The notes beneath the pieces are model-generated. The model was not told the origin of the DNA. It made no database searches and worked only from the letters and a program-made list of their open reading frames with translations. A stretch of DNA of 64,000 nucleotides from Bacteroidales bacterium (GTDB lineage: Bacteria; Bacteroidota; Bacteroidia; Bacteroidales; FEN-979), in NCBI GenBank assembly GCA_963682005.1, contig OY820914.1:4964979-5028978 (forward strand). Reading direction: 5' to 3'. The position numbers and the translations under genes were made by a program. Positions 27,401-35,265 of this stretch are shown here, in pieces (the stretch's first letter is position 1; every line of letters begins with the position of its first letter).

Positions 27401-30400
27401 GAAGCCATTTTTTCAATTTCAGTTGGATTCCCTGCGCCGGTGGTACCAAATGTAAGTTCGTCATAATACGTTCTTGTATCCTGAATTGTTGTCGCGTTTT
27501 GGTCTTGGATAATATCATCGGAGAGTAAACCGATAACATTTTCACCGTCAGAGGCGTAAGAGAAAGACTCCGTTAACATATCATTCCCTGTGTCGGCAAA
27601 TGATCCATCACTACTTCCCGTTACTTCTCCCCAATCAATTTTTTGAGTTAAATTGCCATTAGTATCGTCATAGGTATATTCTTGTGCCGTGTCTTTGTGG
27701 TTATTAGTGCCATCGTAGGTAAGTGTAGTGGTGCGAGTAAGTTTTACAAAATCATGTCCTGTACCAATGTTGTATGAATCCCATTTATTTATTATGTCAG
27801 CATACAAATTATCAGCACCGTCATATTGTTCGACACGATATGGTTTTCCAATTTTTGCGTACGAATCGCTGTATTCACCTAGCGAAGAATTTGTACCATC
27901 TCCTTGATGAAAATATGTTTTTTTTACGTTTCCAACATCATCTGTCACAGAAGTTGAAGCAAAACCTGCAAACTTGCGAGTAAGATAATCATCAAAATAA
28001 TATTTACCTCCTTGGTAAGAATAATTATTAGTTTCCGAATTTCCTAAACCATCATTATTGGTGATCTGAGAAACAACATCTATGGACATAGGTAAATTTG
28101 GATTTAGGAGGTTACTCGATCCATCTTTGAATAACTGTGTTGCTTTGTAAGTTATTTGAGTATTACCACCTTCGGGATATGTAATTTGAGTCAAGTTATT
28201 CACTCTGGAATTTGTCGTATTATTCAAATACACGTAATGTAATCCATCACTGCCTGCTCTAACCAGGTCCACTAAATTATCTCCATTAACATCAATTAAC
28301 TGGAGGCCATGATTTTGATAGTTACTTTGGATAAAAAACTCTTTGTTTCCAGATGAATCTACCTTGTCCGGCATCGTCCAAGTGGAAGAAACATCTGTCC
28401 ATCCAGAACCATTGTTTAAGTAAATTTTAGGAGCATTGATGGAACATGGGACAGCAGTAGGATAAGCAAAATCATTGGCACACACGAAATCAGGTAATCC
28501 ATCGCCATTGATATCTGTCATTCTTACGCCATAATCTCTGTTTGGGGGACCAACCACAAATTGCATCGGAACAGATGCCGACCAAGTAGAATCATAAGTC
28601 CAACCAGAACCGTTGTTTAAATACACATAATGCAATTCGTCATTGCCAGCTCGTACAAGATCAGCTAAATTATCTCCATTGACATCGATTAACTGGAGAC
28701 CATAAACTTGATAATTGCTGATTACAAAATATTCTTTGTTCCCAGATGAATCTATCTTGTCCGGCATCGTCCAAGTGGAAGAAACATCTGTCCATCCAGA
28801 ACCATTGTTTAAGTAAATTTTGGGATCGTTAATATGACATTGAGAAGGAGCACCACCAGTTGGAATATTATTCGCACAAACGAAATCAGGTAGTCCATCC
28901 CCGTTGATGTCTGCCGTTCTAACTCCCTGATCTCTGAAATTGCTACCTGTAAGCAGGAATTGCATTGGAACAGCCGAAGACCATGTGGAATTATAAGTCC
29001 AACCAGAACCGTTGTTTAAATACACATAATGCAATCCATCATTACCGGCTCGTACGAGGTCAGTCAAATTATCTCCATTGACATCGATTAATTCAAGACC
29101 TTGGTTTTGATAGGAACTATTTATAAAATATTCCTTATTCCCCGATGAATCAACTTTGTCCGGCATCGTCCAGGTAGAAGAAACATCCGTCCAGCCAGAG
29201 CCAGTATTTAAATAAATTTTGGGAGCATTGATGGAACATGGGACAGCAGCAGGATAAGCAAAATTATTGGCACATATGAAATCAGGCAGTCCATCTCCGT
29301 TGATGTCTGCCGTTCTTGTACCATAATCCTTGGTGGGAATACCAAGTAAAAACTGCAACGGAACAGCCAAGGACCAGGTGGAGTCATAAGTCCAGTTTGC
29401 CGTTGACGTTTTATAATCAAAATCTGTAGCGGGAAGAACAGTAACATTGTTTGACCCATCCTGACCTGATTCAATTATCGTCTCCAAAAGAGAACCGGTG
29501 CCATTGTCGGCTGTGGTATAAGTAAAATCATATTTTTCTGCCCAGACACTATTTATTTTGGTATTGATTTCACTAATTACATAATTTGATTTAACCGAAA
29601 ACCCAGTAGAATAGGAAATTGGACCGCCTGTTCGACTAGCGGTCGTAAAATTAACTTCAAAAATTCCATCAGTAGTTCCATTCCCGGTATAAACTATTTG
29701 TAATGGATATATCTGACCTGCGTCTTTGTAGTAGGTATAAGAAATATAATTATCGTTAGTATCTCTCACCTCTTCCAGCATCCATTTATAAATATGAGAC
29801 GAATTATTTGGATCATCTTGCCTGGCTTGGGCATTGGCTCCAAAAATATATTGAGTGCCGTCTTTACTTGTAACTACCCAACCACTTCCTGATTTTTCGT
29901 ATTTAATAAAATCACCCAATTCATCCTTGGCTCTGTAATTTGTGGAATCAAGGGCAATTAATTCTCCTGAAAGAGATGAAGAATAATAGTCTTCGGAGAA
30001 AAGCTCTTGGCTTCCTGTTTTATTAATTCTCTCTATACTCGGAATATCTATTGACCAACCAGATCCGATAACTGAATCCAAAACAGAATTGGAACTATTG
30101 TACATTAAAGTTACATCGGGAGTCATTTTATTTCTTCCTGGTGGCACGTTAATGGAATATTTATAAATCATGGCACCAGTAGAATTATCAACATCAGTGG
30201 TAAGACGAGCTTTTTTAGTAGTATTACTATTTAAAATTGGATTTTCTTCAAAATCTTCAGTCAAGGTTTCTAGGTTTTGTTCAATTTGAGGTCCTGATTG
30301 AATATTTGTTTCACCATTATTAACAACTTGGTTGCCTTGATCTATGGTTTCTTCTTCCGCAAATACTTTGACTATAGGATAAATTATAATAAAAAAAGCC

Positions 30401-30471
30401 ACTAAAATAGATAGTGACTGAACCAATGCGCGAACCAAAAAACTTTTTGGTGGCAAAATATTGTTTTTCAT
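24409..30471 (-). CDS. SpvB/TcdB-N + FG-GAP x3 + RHS/YD-repeat polymorphic toxin with glycine-zipper C-terminal domain (2020 aa)
   Basis: N-terminal signal-anchor. GSGWSIDIPSIER (SpvB-like). DINGDGLPDF/VNGDNLxDLV FG-GAP units. Many YD repeats (YTYDxxGN). RHS core end YARNNPIILSDPSGKW, then a 209-aa Gly/Ala-rich tail (24412-25038). Confidence 0.9.
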   Translation of the reverse strand: MKNNILPPKSFLVRALVQSLSILVAFFIIIYPIVKVFAEEETIDQGNQVVNNGETNIQSGPQIEQNLETLTEDFEENPILNSNTTKKARLTTDVDNSTGAMIYKYSINVPPGRNKMTPDVTLMYNSSNSVLDSVIGSGWSIDIPSIERINKTGSQELFSEDYYSSSLSGELIALDSTNYRAKDELGDFIKYEKSGSGWVVTSKDGTQYIFGANAQARQDDPNNSSHIYKWMLEEVRDTNDNYISYTYYKDAGQIYPLQIVYTGNGTTDGIFEVNFTTASRTGGPISYSTGFSVKSNYVISEINTKINSVWAEKYDFTYTTADNGTGSLLETIIESGQDGSNNVTVLPATDFDYKTSTANWTYDSTWSLAVPLQFLLGIPTKDYGTRTADINGDGLPDFICANNFAYPAAVPCSINAPKIYLNTGSGWTDVSSTWTMPDKVDSSGNKEYFINSSYQNQGLELIDVNGDNLTDLVRAGNDGLHYVYLNNGSGWTYNSTWSSAVPMQFLLTGSNFRDQGVRTADINGDGLPDFVCANNIPTGGAPSQCHINDPKIYLNNGSGWTDVSSTWTMPDKIDSSGNKEYFVISNYQVYGLQLIDVNGDNLADLVRAGNDELHYVYLNNGSGWTYDSTWSASVPMQFVVGPPNRDYGVRMTDINGDGLPDFVCANDFAYPTAVPCSINAPKIYLNNGSGWTDVSSTWTMPDKVDSSGNKEFFIQSNYQNHGLQLIDVNGDNLVDLVRAGSDGLHYVYLNNTTNSRVNNLTQITYPEGGNTQITYKATQLFKDGSSNLLNPNLPMSIDVVSQITNNDGLGNSETNNYSYQGGKYYFDDYLTRKFAGFASTSVTDDVGNVKKTYFHQGDGTNSSLGEYSDSYAKIGKPYRVEQYDGADNLYADIINKWDSYNIGTGHDFVKLTRTTTLTYDGTNNHKDTAQEYTYDDTNGNLTQKIDWGEVTGSSDGSFADTGNDMLTESFSYASDGENVIGLLSDDIIQDQNATTIQDTRTYYDELTFGTTGAGNPTEIEKMASVTRNVNTQKSYYTTYGIPITSTDERGKTTSYSYDTYHLYPTTITDPLSNSTEYTYDYSTGKVIDTTDPNGLTKETTYDGLGRVLTEKIPDLTSPSTLDAKTAYVYTDTSNAVSVQKVNYLNSSTTANTYQYFDGLGRLIQERKEAETSGNFNVKDTVYNNLGLVQKESLPYTGSGSSKTSPTTTTALYTTYAYDPVQRIHTLTNASGVTAYSYTPWEIDVSDPRGKVKNYYYDAYKNLVRVDERTGSYTYSTYYTWNLNGNLINTTDALGNVRNFTYDNLGHRLTAEDLHAQNDATYGTWAYTYDDSGNLTESINPNGDTVDYTYDDVNRKLTEDSTGTTGTDIIYTYDSCSDGIGKLCSAVMLSGVETDYTYDADGNVASEEKTVTKNIYTTSYTHDRQSNMLVITYPDNAQVLYVYNSAGLLEKIEYKESGGSFTDVISNFDYAPTDQPTEINYANRVTTTNTYDPNNLYRVTDKSTTNQVPTSLQKTTYEYDADGNITEIVDDSSTSGSKTADYTYDDLNRLTSATITDVPFGQTPYTQNFTYNAIGNITSGPVGSYTYAGNSGTNYANPHAATSINSVTNTYDHNGNNTDDGTLTNTWNYKNQLTETTNGTFTREYLYDEQGNRVLSSNGTLTTEYPNQYYNYGGSKKTKNIYAGNQLVSTIETANSVVTPYYIHPDHLGSTNVVSDSNGGQVELLDYYPFGSQRISSGSHTNQKQYIGQHYDPDTSLNYLNARYHQSTAGRFISEDPVFWNPDKFLNDPQQLNSYSYARNNPIILSDPSGKWFGEYLSGTQSWNNFSGEVGQAAQYMGGGWQMAMDHPYATGAAIGVVGGATAVGGAMIAGSSVASTVANTLFNSQAVVRGTINTTFNVGSQILEDQMQNKQTSFGDYAKIVGLSYAGGAMTGPDISIKFAMGIAGATNLSTQVATGDHSVNPVKVAGSILGSGFGSWVGSFAGSTLNLGTYAAQQYGLSKIGWTVEAPMSIISSGTNKKK

Positions 30472-30530
30472 AATATTAGAAGTATATCACTCCAAATAAT
30501 TTTTAAAAGTAAAAAGGTGGAAAAGTCAAT

Positions 30531-30819
30531 TAGGAGAAAAGACTGGAAGCTCTAAACGTGCATCACTTCTGCAATAAAGACACTGGTAATGAAAAAATTA
30601 ATCGAAGTTAATGATGACAGGGGACACAGACTTTCATATTCCAGGGATCGACAGGGGAAATCCAGGCTCTATTTCAGCCTTACCCCTACTGTCCTAAACC
30701 CTGTGGATAACCCGCTCAAAAGCCCCTTAACTTCCGCAAATTTTGCGGAGGACTACCGCAAAAATTACGGAACACTTCTGCAAAAAATGCGGATAACAAA
30801 AGAAACTCTACAAAATTAA
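30531..30819 (+). pseudogene. truncated, frameshifted second copy of the rep-like gene 3' end (direct repeat copy 2, 30531-30829)
   Basis: 76-aa ORF 30589-30819 is homologous to the C-terminus of the 22833-23230 product. Upstream homology continues to ~30531 with a 1-nt indel. Confidence 0.75.
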
Positions 30820-30979
30820 CTCTTACAAATATAAGCATTAGGCTTATCATCCACCTGACAAATTGACATAATATAAAAACCGGTATAACATTTGAATATT
30901 AGGAGTCCTCTCCTTACCCCAAAGTGCGATGGGTCGATAGGATAGAATATAAATGTTTTATTAACGAATATTAAATACC

Positions 30980-31234
30980 ATGGAAAAAAATCTAAAAAAG
31001 GATGTGACTATAATTGTCAATGGCGAACAAAAAGTGGTCCCAAAAGATGAGATAACCTATGAAGAGGTCGCAACTTTAGCGTTCCCTGATTTCGCAAATC
31101 ATCCAGAGCGAACATACGCCATTACTTATGAACGAGGACAAGGAAATAAACCTCAGGGAATTTTGTCACCTGGGGATAGTGTTAAAGTTAAAGATGGGAT
31201 GATATTTCATGTTAGAATCACTGGCCAGTCATAA
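30980..31234 (+). CDS. ubiquitin-like beta-grasp protein ('multiubiquitin'-type single domain, 84 aa)
   Basis: VTIIVNGEQKVV..ITYEEVATLAF...YAITYERGQGNKPQGILSPGDSVKVKDGMIFHVRITGQS matches the remembered family pattern. Confidence 0.65.
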   Translation: MEKNLKKDVTIIVNGEQKVVPKDEITYEEVATLAFPDFANHPERTYAITYERGQGNKPQGILSPGDSVKVKDGMIFHVRITGQS

Positions 31235-32375
31235 TCCTGACATTGAAAGATTACGGCAAAAAGGATATGCAATATCTTTTGATAGTAACTATTTAGTTAT
31301 CCGTGATATCTCATACTTAGATAATAATAAGAATCTACAACAAGGTGCTATTGTTTCTAAGGTTGTCTTTATTGATAACGAGCATGTCAAACAAGAAGAT
31401 CATCAAATTTTCTTTTGTGGCTCTCATCCCCACCAAGCGGACGGAAATCCAATAAAAAATTTTGGTGGAGGTGAGGTTAACTTGCAATTATCATCACCCG
31501 ATCTAGTTGTTCAAAGATCATTTTCTAATAAACCTGCTGCGGGGTACGAGGATTTCTTTGATAAAATTGAGACATATGTCACAATAATTTCCGGACCGGC
31601 TATGCAACTCTTTGGAGAAGAGGCAAACCCTTTTACCTTCCGCTCAATTCTAGGAACAACTGAGTCAGTTTTTAAATGTCATGACACATTGACTTCTAGA
31701 GCAGAGATAGGTGATTTAGCGCTAAAATTCAAAGACGATGTAATTGCCATAATCGGACTTGGGGGAACAGGTTCATATCTCCTCGATTTTTTAGTTAAAA
31801 CACCTGTTAAAGAAATTCGGGCATTTGATTGCGATAAGTACCATGTACATAATGCTTTTCGTAGTCCCGGAAAACTGGAGATATCAGAACTAGGTAAACC
31901 TAAGACTAACGTCTATCAATCCAGGTATGAAAATTTCAGAAATGGCCTCAGTTTTTATAATAAATATATTCAGTCTGATTCTATGTCGGATTTAGAAGGG
32001 GTAACATTTGCTTTTGTATGTGTAGATAAGGGAACTGCACGCAAAGAGATTTTTGACCTTCTTTTTAAAATGAATATTTCTTTCATTGATGTAGGTATGG
32101 GTCTTGACAGAATGCAAGGAATTCTTTCGGGAATTTTGCGTACTACATATTTCTCAAATGAAACAGCCCAAGAACTAATCAAGAAAAACTATGTCCCGCT
32201 AACTGATATTAATGATGAGGAATATCGTAATAATATTCAGATTTCTGAACTTAATGCTTTAAATGCTTGTATAGCAGTAATCAAGTATAAGAAAATTCGT
32301 GGTTTCTATGTAGAAGATGATTCTTTCCACCAAATGCTTTTTACCATTGATACGCTATCTCACCTTGGAGAATGA
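31209..32375 (+). CDS. ThiF/E1-like adenylyltransferase with an extra ~170-aa N-terminal domain (388 aa)
   Basis: Rossmann IAIIGLGGTGSYLLDFL, FDCDKYHVHNAFRSPG, FVCVDKGTARKEI. 26-nt overlap with the Ubl gene. Confidence 0.75.
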   Translation: MLESLASHNPDIERLRQKGYAISFDSNYLVIRDISYLDNNKNLQQGAIVSKVVFIDNEHVKQEDHQIFFCGSHPHQADGNPIKNFGGGEVNLQLSSPDLVVQRSFSNKPAAGYEDFFDKIETYVTIISGPAMQLFGEEANPFTFRSILGTTESVFKCHDTLTSRAEIGDLALKFKDDVIAIIGLGGTGSYLLDFLVKTPVKEIRAFDCDKYHVHNAFRSPGKLEISELGKPKTNVYQSRYENFRNGLSFYNKYIQSDSMSDLEGVTFAFVCVDKGTARKEIFDLLFKMNISFIDVGMGLDRMQGILSGILRTTYFSNETAQELIKKNYVPLTDINDEEYRNNIQISELNALNACIAVIKYKKIRGFYVEDDSFHQMLFTIDTLSHLGE

Positions 32376-32809
32376 TAAAAAAAATTAAATTAATAAAAGT
32401 TCAATATATCCCAGGTCAACTCGAAGAAGGAACTTTATATCTTTCAGAAGAATATAAGGTTGCAGTTCATTTGTGTCCGTGTGGTTGTGGTAACAAAGTT
32501 GTAACTCCTCTTGGTCCAACTGATTGGTCATTCAAAGAGGTTGATGGTCAACCTTCACTTTATCCTTCAATTGGAAACTGGCAAATACCATGTAGATCCC
32601 ATTATTTTATCATTAACGGGATTATTGAATGGTCATATCAATGGACTAAAGAAGAAATTGAAACAGGAAGAAAAATCGAAGACTTGCAGAGAACACAGTA
32701 CTACAATGATCTGCCTCATTTCCAAAAAAAACAACACTTAATTATTAGAATTTTTAACCGATTAATGAGAATTTTTAAGAACCGAACTAACCAGAGAAAA
32801 AAAGGATGA
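32372..32809 (+). CDS. Cys-rich small protein (DUF6527-like), third gene of the Ubl operon (145 aa)
   Basis: HLCPCGCGNKV ... IPCRSHY Cys/His cluster; 4-nt overlap with the E1 gene. Confidence 0.55.
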   Translation: MIKKIKLIKVQYIPGQLEEGTLYLSEEYKVAVHLCPCGCGNKVVTPLGPTDWSFKEVDGQPSLYPSIGNWQIPCRSHYFIINGIIEWSYQWTKEEIETGRKIEDLQRTQYYNDLPHFQKKQHLIIRIFNRLMRIFKNRTNQRKKG

Positions 32810-32823
32810 TAATATTAATATTT

Positions 32824-34413
32824 TTATTTTATGTTGAACTCTTCATTAAAACTCTTCTTCCTGAGTTCAGGATTTAATTTCGCAGCTTTATTATAGTACT
32901 TTTTCGCAATTTTTCTATCTTTTAATCTTTTCTCATAAAAATACGAATACGCCCAATAAACATACCATGTATCTGGTTCAATCTCCTGGGCTTTATCATA
33001 ATGTTGCTTTGCTTTTTCGAAATCGTTTTCTGCACCTAACATGGCAGCATAATTAATATTAAATTTCGCACTATTTGGATTGATTTCCAATGCTTTCTCA
33101 TAATGTATTTTTGCTTCTTTAAAATTTTTCAACTTTGTCCATAGAAAAGACGCATAACACTCATGAAACTCTGGATTGTTAGGACTCATTTCCACGGCTT
33201 TCTCATAGTGCATCTTTGCTTCTTCATTTTTTTCTAAATCTCTTTCTAATAATTTTCCAAAATAATAATGTATTATATCTCTTGGGTTCAGATTAATCGT
33301 TTTTAAGTAGTACGTTTCAGCATCTCTATACTTTTTAAGTTCTTCAAGAACAAGGGCTGCATAAAAATATCCCTTATAATAATCAGGCCTTACCTCAATA
33401 CACCTCTGATAATATGATAATGCAGTAACATAATCTTTTCGTTGAAACAATATTAAATTTCCATATTTAAGGTTTCCCCAGAAATTATTTGGGTTTAGTT
33501 CTAACCCGGTTCTGTATAGTTCTTCACTTTTATTGAAATCTTTTAGATTGTAATAGCAGTCCCCTGCTAGTATATGAATATTTTCATTGAAATATACTTC
33601 ATTTGCTATTTTATTTATATTCTCGATTGCTTTTTTATCATCACCTTCCAAATAGAACTTATTTGCTAAAAACCAAAAAATTACATTTTCGATTTCTAAC
33701 TTGACCTCTCCTTCCGAAAGTTCTACAAGTCTTAAAATTTCTAATTTTTTTGTTTTTCCAGGTGACTTAATAAATTCTTTTGATTCATTGTTAGGGTCGA
33801 GATAATGAAAATATACTTGGTGGGATAGGTCTCTAGGTTTAGAATCAATACCCCAAATAACCATATTAGTGTTTGGAATTTGCTTCCCAATATCCTCAGC
33901 CATTTTAGAAGTGTTGTCAAAAGTACTGTAGATTAAGTATTCTATTTCTAATCCATTCTTAACTAAATCAACATTCTCAAGCAATCTTCTTTTCAATTCA
34001 AAACCTGCAAGAGTTTCAACTGGATATTCTTCAGGGTTATAAAATGGTAGAATAAGAATACTATATTTTTTAGGATCAAATAATATCTTATTGAAAGATT
34101 GTTCTTTAATACTCTCAGGCTGCTTATCTCTTACAACAATCAGTTTATTAAGATTGACTGTTTTTTTGACATCTTCGATGTATTGTAGGATTATTTTAAT
34201 GGTTCTGTCATGATGACCAACTATTTTCGGATCGAAAAAATTCAACAAAGTACCTTGTGCGAGATATTTCTTTGTTTTTAGATAAATTTCATCTCTAAGG
34301 GCGTCAAAGGATTTGCTATTCTTGCTTAGGGTGGTTATTAATTCTTTTCTCGTACTGTCCATATAAGCCTGTCGAACTTGCTCACGTAAAGATTCTAAAG
34401 AAATTCCTTCCAT
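32824..34413 (-). CDS. TPR-repeat protein with unassigned ~250-aa N-terminal domain (529 aa)
   Basis: C-terminal half is repeated A..Y...L..NP.. TPR units; stop lies 15 nt from the stop of the Ubl operon (convergent). Confidence 0.7.
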   Translation of the reverse strand: MEGISLESLREQVRQAYMDSTRKELITTLSKNSKSFDALRDEIYLKTKKYLAQGTLLNFFDPKIVGHHDRTIKIILQYIEDVKKTVNLNKLIVVRDKQPESIKEQSFNKILFDPKKYSILILPFYNPEEYPVETLAGFELKRRLLENVDLVKNGLEIEYLIYSTFDNTSKMAEDIGKQIPNTNMVIWGIDSKPRDLSHQVYFHYLDPNNESKEFIKSPGKTKKLEILRLVELSEGEVKLEIENVIFWFLANKFYLEGDDKKAIENINKIANEVYFNENIHILAGDCYYNLKDFNKSEELYRTGLELNPNNFWGNLKYGNLILFQRKDYVTALSYYQRCIEVRPDYYKGYFYAALVLEELKKYRDAETYYLKTINLNPRDIIHYYFGKLLERDLEKNEEAKMHYEKAVEMSPNNPEFHECYASFLWTKLKNFKEAKIHYEKALEINPNSAKFNINYAAMLGAENDFEKAKQHYDKAQEIEPDTWYVYWAYSYFYEKRLKDRKIAKKYYNKAAKLNPELRKKSFNEEFNIK

Positions 34414-34943
34414 ATAGTGTAAGTCTTTATTTTATTACGCTAATCTATTTTTCAGAATCTTGGTCAAATTTGGCTAAACTCTTGGTCAATTTTGGCTGCG
34501 CTTCTGGCTCAATCCTTACCTTCCCTTATTGTTTCTTTGCGCTTCTAAGAGCAAATATAGCTCAAAATAAATTGTTCTTTGAAAAAAGCCCTATTTCCGG
34601 TAAAAGCGGAAATAAGGCCAAGCCCTCAAGTAATGATTGCAGTCACTACCGAGGTAAAAGTAGTATACACCTTTGGGATACAATGTCAAGCTAACCTTCC
34701 AGGTTTCCCAATCCTTTTACTCCCTTATTCAGCTTTCATTCCTTGGGATTTCTAAAAATAATTAGAAACCTAATTCTAATGTTATGAACTTAGAACTTAA
34801 TGCGGAAAGGCGAATACAGGAGTGGTACTTGCAAAATTCACCTGATTATTTAAAAAATAAGCCGTCAAGCTATCCTGAAAAGGATTGCGAGCCTTTACCC
34901 AAGAAACCTCTTGGACCAAAACCAATCCTAAAAGCTATATTTT

Positions 34944-35258
34944 ATGTTCACGGAGAGATTATACCTTGAAGAGATACAAAAATTACTTCATTATCGTGAC
35001 CGAAGATCGATAAGACGATGGTGCAGGAATAACCACGTCCGGATTTTATCCGATAATGGCAGTAATAAGCAATTTGTATTAAGGGATGAATTTGAAAGAG
35101 AATTAAATAACCTCCATTCCAAAAGCCCAGTGGAAAAGAAATTCTACAAGAGAATGTTAAAAAGGAATCTCATAGACAAGGTGAAAAGAGCTGCGAAATA
35201 CAGGCCACAAGGGGAATACGAAAAAGATTTCTTGTCAATATTTACAAATCTATTATAA
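34944..35258 (+). CDS. excisionase-like HTH DNA-binding protein (104 aa)
   Basis: LYLEEIQKLLHYRDRRSIRRWCRNNHVRIL HTH-like segment; ends 8 nt upstream of the integrase gene. Confidence 0.5.
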   Translation: MFTERLYLEEIQKLLHYRDRRSIRRWCRNNHVRILSDNGSNKQFVLRDEFERELNNLHSKSPVEKKFYKRMLKRNLIDKVKRAAKYRPQGEYEKDFLSIFTNLL

Positions 35259-35265
35259 AGGGACT

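Noticed and set aside
24409-30471. Calling the Rhs protein a T6SS effector
   Set aside because: The window has no PAAR/VgrG/Hcp or other T6SS genes, and the N-terminus is a signal-anchor with an SpvB-like domain. The delivery route is left open.
34470-34969. ORFs 34470..34694 and 34784..34969
   Set aside because: They lie in the divergent promoter region between the TPR gene and xis. They are low-complexity or unsupported. The second overlaps the xis start and could be real, but nothing supports it.
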